Shown one piece after another: positions 8,660 to 16,613 of a stretch of 64,000 nt of DNA. This DNA comes from Prolixibacteraceae bacterium UBA1413 (GTDB lineage Bacteria > Bacteroidota > Bacteroidia > Bacteroidales > Prolixibacteraceae). The first letter of the stretch is position 1. Each line of letters opens with the position of its first letter. Location: positions 15,615 through 79,614 of the forward strand of contig DBPT01000010.1 of assembly GCA_002304925.1 (NCBI GenBank), written 5' to 3'. The notes beneath the pieces were generated by a model that saw only the letters and a program-made list of their open reading frames with translations, had not been told where the DNA came from and ran no database searches. The position numbers were made by a program, and so were the translations under genes.

Positions 8660-10057
8660 ATGAAAAGAAGAGATTTTTTGGTAACGTCGGGAGCTGCTGT
8701 TGCCGGTACGATGCTGGTGGGTCCGTTCCATACTGCTGGTTCTCCGTTTCCGGCACCCAAACGGAAACTGGCCTTGGTGGGTACCGGAAGCCGGGGAAAC
8801 GGTTTCTGGGGAAGAAATATCGTTAGACAATATGGAGATCTGGTGGAATTTGTGGGATTGTGCGACATCAATCCCGGAAGAGTTGAATACGCCAAAAAGT
8901 TCATCGGAGCCAATTGTCCAACCTTTACCAATTTCGATGACATGATGGCCGGGGTGAAACCCGACCTGTTGATCGTGACGACCGTGGATGCCACCCATGA
9001 CGAGTTCATTATCAAGGGACTTGAGTCCGGATGTGACGTCCTGACCGAGAAACCCATGACCACCGACGAGGTGAAATGCCAGGCAATTCTCGATGCCGAA
9101 AGGCGTACGGGGAAGAAAGTCATTGTCGGCTTTAACTACCGGTACGGGACACAGTTCACACGCATCAAGGAACTGTTGGCCGAAAAGCGTGTGGGTGAAA
9201 TCGTTTCCGTTGATTTTCACTGGTATCTGAACACTTACCACGGAGCCGACTATTTCAGGCGTTGGCACGGACACCGGAACAAAAGCGGCACCCTCCTCCT
9301 TCACAAAGCAACTCACCATTTCGATCTGTTGAACTGGTGGCTTAACAGCGATCCCGTGGAAGTGCATGCCATCGGTTCCCTGGATCATTACGGTAAAAAC
9401 AACAGTTTCCGCGGCCCCAATTGCCGTAGTTGCGGGTACCAGGAGAAATGCAAATTCTACTGGGATATTACCAAAAACAAGGAATACATGGAACTGTATG
9501 TGAACAATGAAAAATATGACGGTTATATCCGCGACAATTGTCTCTGGAGGGAAAGCATTGACATCTTCGACAAAATGGCGTTGCAGATCAAATATGCCAA
9601 CAACGTGCACGTGAGTTATTCTCTGACAACATACTCTCCCTATGAGGGGCTCACCATCGGGTTTAACGGCCGTAACGGCCGTATTGACTCCTGGGAAGGA
9701 CTGCCGTGGAGAAGGCAGGAAATGGCCAACCAGGCGGAACTCCATGCCCGGGAGATGAGCCAGGAAAAGGAAGAATCGACAAATTATGACGAAATATACG
9801 TCTCCGACAATTTCGGAAAGACGGAACTGGTAAAAGTTCCCCAAGTCAGGGCCGGTCATGGCGGCGGAGATGTTCGTCTCCAGGACAAGATCTTCCGAAA
9901 TCCCGGCATGACAGATCCCCTGAAGCATGCTGCCGGCACCCGCGATGGGGCAATGTCTCTGCTGATCGGCGTGGCTGCCCGGAAATCCATCGATGAAGGC
10001 CGACCGGTAAAAATCGAAGAACTCACCGACATCAAACCCCACCCTTCCCGCGGTTGA
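8660..10057 (+). CDS. Tat-signal Gfo/Idh/MocA family oxidoreductase
   Basis: 465 aa. MKRRDFLVTSGAAVAGTMLVG twin-arginine leader, then the LVGTGSRG Rossmann motif. Confidence 0.85.
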   Translation: MKRRDFLVTSGAAVAGTMLVGPFHTAGSPFPAPKRKLALVGTGSRGNGFWGRNIVRQYGDLVEFVGLCDINPGRVEYAKKFIGANCPTFTNFDDMMAGVKPDLLIVTTVDATHDEFIIKGLESGCDVLTEKPMTTDEVKCQAILDAERRTGKKVIVGFNYRYGTQFTRIKELLAEKRVGEIVSVDFHWYLNTYHGADYFRRWHGHRNKSGTLLLHKATHHFDLLNWWLNSDPVEVHAIGSLDHYGKNNSFRGPNCRSCGYQEKCKFYWDITKNKEYMELYVNNEKYDGYIRDNCLWRESIDIFDKMALQIKYANNVHVSYSLTTYSPYEGLTIGFNGRNGRIDSWEGLPWRRQEMANQAELHAREMSQEKEESTNYDEIYVSDNFGKTELVKVPQVRAGHGGGDVRLQDKIFRNPGMTDPLKHAAGTRDGAMSLLIGVAARKSIDEGRPVKIEELTDIKPHPSRG

Positions 10058-10078
10058 TTTCCGGCGAGCGCCTTGACG

Positions 10079-10210
10079 CATCTGTTCTTTGTATCAGGTA
10101 AGCATGAATGCCTGGTCTCTGCTTATGGCCAAGCCGGTGCTGAAACCCGTCGAATTCATCCCGCTATTCCGGGATTTGCTTCCCCGTCAGCGCTACGACG
10201 GGAAGTTCCA
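10079..10210 (+). repeat. Intergenic ~131-nt repeat, copy A (paired with 30835-30965)
   Basis: Manual alignment with copy B gave about 21 mismatches in the first 110 ungapped columns. Identical blocks include GGTCTCTGCTTATGG and GGTGCTGAAACCC. The ATCCCG...CGGGAT hairpin is conserved. Confidence 0.8.
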
Positions 10211-10293
10211 ATTCCGGAGAGCGAAATCCCTCCGGATCAGTCCGGAAACATCAAACAATAAGTAAATTTTAAAATATTAAATCAAAAATTAAT

Positions 10294-11373
10294 ATGAGCG
10301 TTCAGTTAAAGAAAGAGTTTAAGTATGCTATGCTGGTACCGACCAGCATGGGGGTAAGGATTACGCCCGTAAACGGACAACCCGTTTACAGCAGTACCCT
10401 GTTTGAAATGCATGCTACCAGTGCCGAAACCAATGTGGCCAGCATCTCTTCCTATCTGGGACTGCCGGTAAAAGTGCTGACCACATTTGTAAAGGACAGC
10501 CCGATTGCTGCATTTATAAAAAGTAATCTCCGGAGCCGGAACATGGATTTTGAAGGACCTGAAGTTGCCCAGGAAAATCCGTGGGGATTCCGCCACCAGT
10601 TTAACATCGCCGACAGCGGCTTCGGAGTCAGGGGTCCCCGGGTGCAGAACGACCGGGCCGGGGAAGTAGGGAGAACTTTAAACGTCAAAGATTTTGACCT
10701 GGAAAGAATTTTCGGTAATGAGGGCGTGCAAATTGTCCACATCTCAGGCCTGATCGGAGCCTTGTCGCCTGATACCGGTCAATTCTGCCTCGAATTGGCC
10801 CGTTTTGCAAAAAAACACGGTACCCTGATCTCCTTTGACCTGAACTACCGGGCTTCCTTCTGGAAAGGCAGGGAAACAGAGCTACATAATATATTTACCG
10901 AAATAGCATCCATAGCCGATATCCTTATCGGCAATGAAGAAGATTTCCAGCTCTGCTTGGGAATTGAGGGCCCGGAAGCAGGAGGCAAGGGAATCTCCTC
11001 GGAAATTGATCTTTTTAAGGAGATGATCAGCAGGGTTAAGAAAGCTTTCCCGCATGCTTCAGTCTTTGCCAACACCTTACGCCAGGTGATCAGTGTAAAC
11101 GAACACCTCTGGGGCGCCATCATGCTCGAAGGAAACAACTGGCACGTAATCGAACCCAGGAAGATTAACGTTCTCGACCGGATCGGCGGTGGCGACGGTT
11201 TCGTCGGGGGACTCCTCTACGGAATCCTTAAAGGCTGGGAACCTGAAAAATGGGCGCAGTTTGGATGGGCTACGGGCGCACTGGCCACTACATTCCTCAC
11301 CGACTATGTCCAGCCGGCGGACGAAGAGATGGTGTGGAGCGTCTGGAAGGGAAATGCCAGGGTCAGACGATAA
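10294..11373 (+). CDS. PfkB-family sugar kinase (2-dehydro-3-deoxygluconokinase-like)
   Basis: 359 aa. C-terminal DRIGGGDGFVGGLLYG matches the PfkB DxxGxGD signature. Confidence 0.8.
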   Translation: MSVQLKKEFKYAMLVPTSMGVRITPVNGQPVYSSTLFEMHATSAETNVASISSYLGLPVKVLTTFVKDSPIAAFIKSNLRSRNMDFEGPEVAQENPWGFRHQFNIADSGFGVRGPRVQNDRAGEVGRTLNVKDFDLERIFGNEGVQIVHISGLIGALSPDTGQFCLELARFAKKHGTLISFDLNYRASFWKGRETELHNIFTEIASIADILIGNEEDFQLCLGIEGPEAGGKGISSEIDLFKEMISRVKKAFPHASVFANTLRQVISVNEHLWGAIMLEGNNWHVIEPRKINVLDRIGGGDGFVGGLLYGILKGWEPEKWAQFGWATGALATTFLTDYVQPADEEMVWSVWKGNARVRR

Positions 11374-11378
11374 GCATA

Positions 11379-11480
11379 GGCTGAGGTTAAGGATAAGGTT
11401 GATGAATGCAGGTGTATGGAATAACCTCCGGTCTGTCAGTGGATGGACCGAGGATGGGAGGTTATTCCGGCTCCTCAGCC
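11379..11480 (+). other. Nested long hairpin in the kinase/LarA-like intergenic region
   Basis: Outer stem GGCTGAGG (11379-11386) pairs with CCTCAGCC (11473-11480). Inner perfect 12-bp stem GGAATAACCTCC (11418-11429) pairs with GGAGGTTATTCC (11457-11468). No T-run follows. Confidence 0.5.
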
Positions 11481-11544
11481 GCTTCCTGACAGGGTAAGTT
11501 AAAGGATGAGAAAGTGATTCTATGGTCAACTTAAAGTTTTTAAA

Positions 11545-12831
11545 ATGATATTCTTTGAAAGCGGATCGCCCAGCAGTAACATGACGGCTGACGATTTAAG
11601 AAACGGCTTATACCGGGCATTTGAGAAAATAGGTTTCCGGAAGAAGGTGCTGGCCATACCTCCCGATTTCACGCGGCTGCCCAGCCGTGCCGGAGAACTG
11701 ACGGAGATGAGCTTCGAATACTTCGGGAGCAAGCTCACCGATATCCTGCCCGCTTTGGGGACCCACTCGCCCATGACAGACCACCAGATCGGCAACATGT
11801 TCGGGAAAACCCCTCGGGAGTTGTTCCGAGACCATGACTGGCGCAACGATGTAGTGACCCTGGGCTATGTACCCGGTGAATTTGTGAAGGAAGTATCTGA
11901 AGGGGTCGTGGACTATCCCTGGCCTGCCCAGGTCAACAAGTTGCTCGTGGAGGGGGGATTTGACCTGATCCTCTCTCTCGGACAGGTCGTTCCCCATGAG
12001 GTGGTAGGAATGGCCAATTACAACAAAAATATCTTTGTCGGCACCGGAGGTGCCGAAGGAATCAACAAAAGCCATTTCATAGGGGCGGCCTACGGAATGG
12101 AAAAGATGATGGGAAGGGCCGATACCCCCGTACGGAAAATCTTCAACTATGCCTCGGAACACTTTGCGAATCACCTACCTATCGTATATTGCCAGACAGT
12201 CGTGGGAGTGAATAAGGTGGGGAAGCTTCAAACATACGGACTTTTTATCGGCGATGACTTTGAAGTGTTTGATAAGGCAGCCAGGCTCTCTCTCGAAGTT
12301 AATTTTGAGATGGTTGAAAAACCGTTGCAAAAAGTGGTCGTCTGGCTCGACCCCTCGGAATTTAAAAGCACCTGGCTGGGTAACAAAAGCATTTACCGCA
12401 CTAGGATGGCGCTTGCCGATGGTGGGGAACTGGTTGTTTTGGCACCGGCACTCAAGGAATTCGGCGAGGACGGGGAAATCGACCGGCTGATCCGTAAATA
12501 TGGTTATTTCGGTACTCCCCACACCCTGAAAGTCACCGCTGAAAACGAAGACCTGCAAAATAACCTCAGCGCAGCAGCCCATCTGATACACGGCTCCTCC
12601 GAAGGACGCTTCTCCATCACCTACTGCCCCGGCAAGGTTGAAGGTAACCTGACCCGTCAGGAGATCGAAAGCGTGGGATTCCAATGGGCCGATTACGACA
12701 AAATCGTGGCTAGCTACGATCCCGGGGCACTGAAGGACGGTTTCAACACCCTCCCCAACGGCGAAGAGATCTTTTTTATCTCCAATCCGGCTCTGGGACT
12801 CTGGGCTTTCCGCGACAGATTTAAAAAGTGA
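11545..12831 (+). CDS. LarA-like (lactate racemase N-terminal domain/DUF2088) protein, putative 2-hydroxyacid racemase/epimerase
   Basis: 428 aa. Motifs PPDFTR, GTHSP, VPHEVVGMANYNKN and NKSH occur in the order I remember for the LarA catalytic His residues, the cofactor-binding Lys and the Ni-ligand His. Confidence 0.7.
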   Translation: MIFFESGSPSSNMTADDLRNGLYRAFEKIGFRKKVLAIPPDFTRLPSRAGELTEMSFEYFGSKLTDILPALGTHSPMTDHQIGNMFGKTPRELFRDHDWRNDVVTLGYVPGEFVKEVSEGVVDYPWPAQVNKLLVEGGFDLILSLGQVVPHEVVGMANYNKNIFVGTGGAEGINKSHFIGAAYGMEKMMGRADTPVRKIFNYASEHFANHLPIVYCQTVVGVNKVGKLQTYGLFIGDDFEVFDKAARLSLEVNFEMVEKPLQKVVVWLDPSEFKSTWLGNKSIYRTRMALADGGELVVLAPALKEFGEDGEIDRLIRKYGYFGTPHTLKVTAENEDLQNNLSAAAHLIHGSSEGRFSITYCPGKVEGNLTRQEIESVGFQWADYDKIVASYDPGALKDGFNTLPNGEEIFFISNPALGLWAFRDRFKK

Positions 12832-12881
12832 CGATGAATCGTTATACACGTAACCAGTGACCGGTTACATCTTCTTCAAGG

Positions 12882-13886
12882 ATGGAAATTCTTACTGAAA
12901 TTAACTGGGGCATCATCGGGGCGGGCAATGTCACCGAAATGAAAAGCGGTCCTGCCTTCGGCAAGGTGCCTCATTCGCGCCTGGTGGCCATCATGCGCAG
13001 GGATATGGCAAAAGCAGAGGATTATGCACGGCGGCACCAGGTACCTCGCTGGTATGTGGATGCCGAAGAATTAATCCGCGATCGGGAAGTCAATGCCATT
13101 TATGTGGCCACTCCCCCCTCCTCCCATGCCAGCTATGCCATCAGGGCGATGAAGGCCGGTAAACCCGCATATGTAGAAAAGCCCATGGCACTCAACTACC
13201 GCGAATGCCTCGAAATGATCAGAATTTCGAAAGAAACGGGAATGCCTTTATTTGTTGCTTATTACAGGCGGTCACTTCCAGCTTTTCTTAAAGTTAAAGA
13301 TCTTGTCGGGGAAGGAGCCATCGGTTCCGTACTGACGGTAAATCTGAAACTTTACAAGCAAGCGCGGGAACGGGGAGTCGATCCCGCCCGGATGAGCTGG
13401 CATGTTTTTCCGGAAATTTCAGGAGCCGGATATTTTTATGACCTTGCCTCGCACCAGTTTGATTACCTCGATTTTCTTTTCGGTCCCGTTGCCGATGTGA
13501 GGGGCATGGCGGTCAACCGGGCGGGACTCTATACGGCGGAAGACACGGTGACCTGCAGTTTCCGGTTTCAAAACGGGATCACGGGTACGGGCAGCTGGTG
13601 TTTTGCGGTTCATAAAACCGCGGAAACCGACCTTATCGAAATCATCGGAGACGAGGGAATAATCACATTCTCCTGTTTTCAACACGGGGAGGTAGTCCTG
13701 GAAAACCGGGAGGGGATTCACAAATTCCGGTTCCAGAACCCGGAGAATATCCAGCTGAACCTCATCAGCCAGGTAGTCAGGGAATTGTGTGGCGAGGGGA
13801 AATGTGTAAGTACGGGCATTTCCGCTGCCCGCACCAGCCGTGTTCTGGAGGAGGTCGTGCAGGAATACTATAAAAATGGCAAATGA
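12882..13886 (+). CDS. Gfo/Idh/MocA family oxidoreductase (cytoplasmic)
   Basis: 334 aa with the WGIIGAGNV Rossmann motif and no signal peptide. Confidence 0.85.
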   Translation: MEILTEINWGIIGAGNVTEMKSGPAFGKVPHSRLVAIMRRDMAKAEDYARRHQVPRWYVDAEELIRDREVNAIYVATPPSSHASYAIRAMKAGKPAYVEKPMALNYRECLEMIRISKETGMPLFVAYYRRSLPAFLKVKDLVGEGAIGSVLTVNLKLYKQARERGVDPARMSWHVFPEISGAGYFYDLASHQFDYLDFLFGPVADVRGMAVNRAGLYTAEDTVTCSFRFQNGITGTGSWCFAVHKTAETDLIEIIGDEGIITFSCFQHGEVVLENREGIHKFRFQNPENIQLNLISQVVRELCGEGKCVSTGISAARTSRVLEEVVQEYYKNGK

Positions 13887-13889
13887 GCA

Positions 13890-15017
13890 ATGAAAATCGT
13901 AATTGACGATAAAATCCCCTATATCAGGGGAGTATTTGAGCCTGTGGCCGAGGTGGTATATCTTCCCGGAAGCAGGACCACGCCGGAGGTGGTACATACC
14001 GCCGATGCGCTGATCACAAGGACCCGTACCCTCTGCAATGCCAAACTGCTGGAGGGCTCATCGGTCAGGTTTATTGCCACGGCAACCATCGGATTTGACC
14101 ATATTGACGTTGATTACTGTAAAAGAGCGGGAATTCAATGGGGCAACGCTCCGGGATGCAATGCGGGAAGTGTGGAACAATACATTGCATCAGCCTTACT
14201 GCTGTGGGCCGGAGAGAAAAATGCCCCGCTGAGGGGAAAAACCCTGGGAATAGTGGGTGTGGGGAATGTGGGTTCCAAAATTGGGCGTCTCGGAAATATC
14301 CTTGGGATGCGCGTTTTACTGAACGACCCGCCCCGGGAACGAGTTGAAGGTCCCGGCGCTTTTGTCTCCCTGGAAACCATCCGCCGCGAAGCAGACATCA
14401 TCACCTTTCATGTCCCCCTGAACATGACCGGGGAGGATGCCACCTACCATATGGTGAACCGGATTTTCCTTTCGGAAATGGGAAAAACACCCTTGCTGAT
14501 CAACAGCTGCAGAGGAGAAGTATTTGACACACCGGCAATTACCGAAGCAATAGAAAACCATGTGGTCTCCGGTTTTATTGCCGACTGTTGGGAAAACGAA
14601 CCGGAGATCAGCCTGCGGCTGATGAATCAGTGTTTTCTGGCCACTCCTCATATCGCGGGTTATTCGAAAGACGGAAAGGCCAACGGAACCCGCATGAGCG
14701 TACAGGCTGTCAGCCGCTTCTTCAACCTGGGGATGGATGACTGGCAACCCCATGATATTGAAATGCCGGAGAGAACGGTCGTAGAAATCGATGGTGCCGG
14801 CCGGAACGGGGAATCCATCCTGAGAGAAGCTGTGCTGGCTACTTACGACATACGCAGCGATGACCAGGCCTTGCGAAGCAATCCTGCCGGCTTTGAAAAA
14901 CTTAGGGGCGACTACCCGGTACGACGGGAATTTCCTGCGTATACGGCCGCTTTGAGAAATGTCCCCAACCCGGTGGCGGAAAAGTTGAAACTTTTGGGAT
15001 TTAAAATCAAACTTTAG
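13890..15017 (+). CDS. pdxB: 4-phosphoerythronate dehydrogenase
   Basis: 375 aa. MKIVIDDKIPYIRGVFEP N-terminus, D-2-hydroxyacid dehydrogenase core (GIVGVGNVG), and a PdxB-type C-terminal dimerisation extension. Confidence 0.85.
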   Translation: MKIVIDDKIPYIRGVFEPVAEVVYLPGSRTTPEVVHTADALITRTRTLCNAKLLEGSSVRFIATATIGFDHIDVDYCKRAGIQWGNAPGCNAGSVEQYIASALLLWAGEKNAPLRGKTLGIVGVGNVGSKIGRLGNILGMRVLLNDPPRERVEGPGAFVSLETIRREADIITFHVPLNMTGEDATYHMVNRIFLSEMGKTPLLINSCRGEVFDTPAITEAIENHVVSGFIADCWENEPEISLRLMNQCFLATPHIAGYSKDGKANGTRMSVQAVSRFFNLGMDDWQPHDIEMPERTVVEIDGAGRNGESILREAVLATYDIRSDDQALRSNPAGFEKLRGDYPVRREFPAYTAALRNVPNPVAEKLKLLGFKIKL

Positions 15018-15047
15018 AAATATTCACAATTATAATAAAGAAGGAAA

Positions 15048-16502
15048 ATGAAGAAATTAGCAGACATCGGATTGATCGGGTTGGCCGTTATGGGCGAGAA
15101 CCTGGTATTGAACATGGAGAGTAAAGGATTCACGGTAGCTGTGTACAACAGGACTGTGTCGAAGGTCGACGCTTTCATCCACGGGCGGGGTTCCGGGAAG
15201 AAGTTCATCGGGGCCCGCAGCATTGAAGAACTGGTAGCCTCCCTGGAGCGTCCCCGCAAGGTGATGATGCTGGTGAAGGCAGGGAAACCTGTCGATGATT
15301 TCATTGAGTTGCTCCTCCCCCATCTGGAACCGGGCGATATCATCATTGACGGTGGGAATTCCCATTTCCCCGATACCATCCGCCGGACGAACTATGTGGA
15401 GAGCAAGGGTTTGCTGTACATCGGCACGGGGGTTTCCGGCGGTGAGGAAGGTGCCCTGCTCGGGCCATCCATGATGCCCGGGGGTTCACCCGCCGCATGG
15501 CCTCATGTGAAGGAGATCTTCCAGGCCGTGGCCGCCAAAGTCGAAGACGGAAGTCCCTGCTGCGACTGGGTGGGAGAAGGCGGTGCTGGTCATTTCGTCA
15601 AAATGGTGCACAACGGTATCGAGTACGGCGACATGCAGATCATCAACGAAGCCTACCACCTGATGAAGGATCTCCTGGGAATGGGTGCTTTCGAACAGCA
15701 TGAAGTCTTTAAGAAGTGGAATAACGAAGAACTCGACAGTTACCTCATCGAGATTACCCGCGATATCCTGGCTTTTAAGGATGAGGACGGGGAACCCATC
15801 GTTGAGAAGATTCTGGATACGGCCGGTCAGAAAGGTACCGGCAAATGGACTGCGGTTACAGCGCTCGACTTGGGGATTCCGCTGACCCTGATCGGGGAGT
15901 CGGTTTTTTCACGCTGCCTCTCAGCTCAGAAGGAGATCCGTGTGGCTGCCGCCAAGGTTCTTCGCGGCCCCAAACCGCTCTTCACAGGCGACAAAAAAGA
16001 GTTTCTCGACGACCTGAAAATGGCCCTTTACGGTGCCAAAATCATCTCTTACGCCCAGGGGTACAACCTGATGATGGAAGCCGCCAATGAGTACGGCTGG
16101 AATCTCAACTACGGCGGTATTGCCCTGATGTGGCGGGGAGGATGCATTATCAGGTCGGTTTTCCTCGGAGACATCAAAAAGGCTTTTGATAAGAATCCTG
16201 CCCTTCCCAACCTGTTACTCGATCCTTTCTTCCGGGAGAAGGTGGAAGCGACCCAGGAAGGTTGGAGGCGGGTGTGCGCCACCGCCCTGAGCAATGGCAT
16301 CCCGGTGCCGGCACTCTCTTCGGCGCTCTGCTATTTCGACGGCTTCCGCAGTGAGCGGCTGCCCGCCAACCTGCTGCAGGCCCAGCGCGATTACTTCGGC
16401 GCTCATATGTATGAAAGGGTTGACCGGCCGCGTGGCGAATTCTTCCATACCAACTGGACAGGCCGCGGAGGGGAAACCGCCAGTTCTACCTATGTGGTAT
16501 AA
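15048..16502 (+). CDS. gnd: 6-phosphogluconate dehydrogenase, decarboxylating
   Basis: 484 aa. Contains IGLIGLAVMGENLVLN, GGNSHF and HFVKMVHNGIEYGDMQ, which are hallmark Gnd motifs. Confidence 0.95.
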   Translation: MKKLADIGLIGLAVMGENLVLNMESKGFTVAVYNRTVSKVDAFIHGRGSGKKFIGARSIEELVASLERPRKVMMLVKAGKPVDDFIELLLPHLEPGDIIIDGGNSHFPDTIRRTNYVESKGLLYIGTGVSGGEEGALLGPSMMPGGSPAAWPHVKEIFQAVAAKVEDGSPCCDWVGEGGAGHFVKMVHNGIEYGDMQIINEAYHLMKDLLGMGAFEQHEVFKKWNNEELDSYLIEITRDILAFKDEDGEPIVEKILDTAGQKGTGKWTAVTALDLGIPLTLIGESVFSRCLSAQKEIRVAAAKVLRGPKPLFTGDKKEFLDDLKMALYGAKIISYAQGYNLMMEAANEYGWNLNYGGIALMWRGGCIIRSVFLGDIKKAFDKNPALPNLLLDPFFREKVEATQEGWRRVCATALSNGIPVPALSSALCYFDGFRSERLPANLLQAQRDYFGAHMYERVDRPRGEFFHTNWTGRGGETASSTYVV

Positions 16503-16523
16503 GCCATTCTGCAAATGATTGTC

Positions 16524-16560
16524 AAACGGCCGGATCCCATGAAAGATCCGGCCGTTTTTC
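16524..16560. terminator. Bidirectional intrinsic terminator between gnd and the antiporter gene
   Basis: Perfect 13-bp stem AAACGGCCGGATC / GATCCGGCCGTTT with an 8-nt loop, followed by a T-run. Confidence 0.85.
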
Positions 16561-16613
16561 TGCTTGATTCGCTCTTCATCCCGGGGTCAGGGCAAAGGGA
16601 AAAAGAGCCGGTT

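Noticed and set aside
8654-10081. 475-aa ORF on the minus strand spanning the same interval as the plus-strand oxidoreductase gene
   Set aside because: The plus-strand product has a Tat leader and clear Gfo/Idh/MocA motifs. The antisense translation is low-complexity and Gly/His/Pro/Val-rich with no motifs. I treat it as a mirror ORF artefact. The same reasoning applies to 4927-6360 (+), 21058-22107 (+), 38187-38972 (-), 55610-56503 (-), 57492-58361 (+) and 62850-63818 (-).
10073-10261. 62-aa ORF (and the 68-aa ORF at 30791-30997) overlapping the two repeat copies, as a possible small-protein gene family
   Set aside because: The shared nucleotide sequence is read in different frames in the two ORFs (ctg-ttc-ttt versus cgt-tct-ttg), so the peptides are unrelated. 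The conservation is at the nucleotide or structure level.
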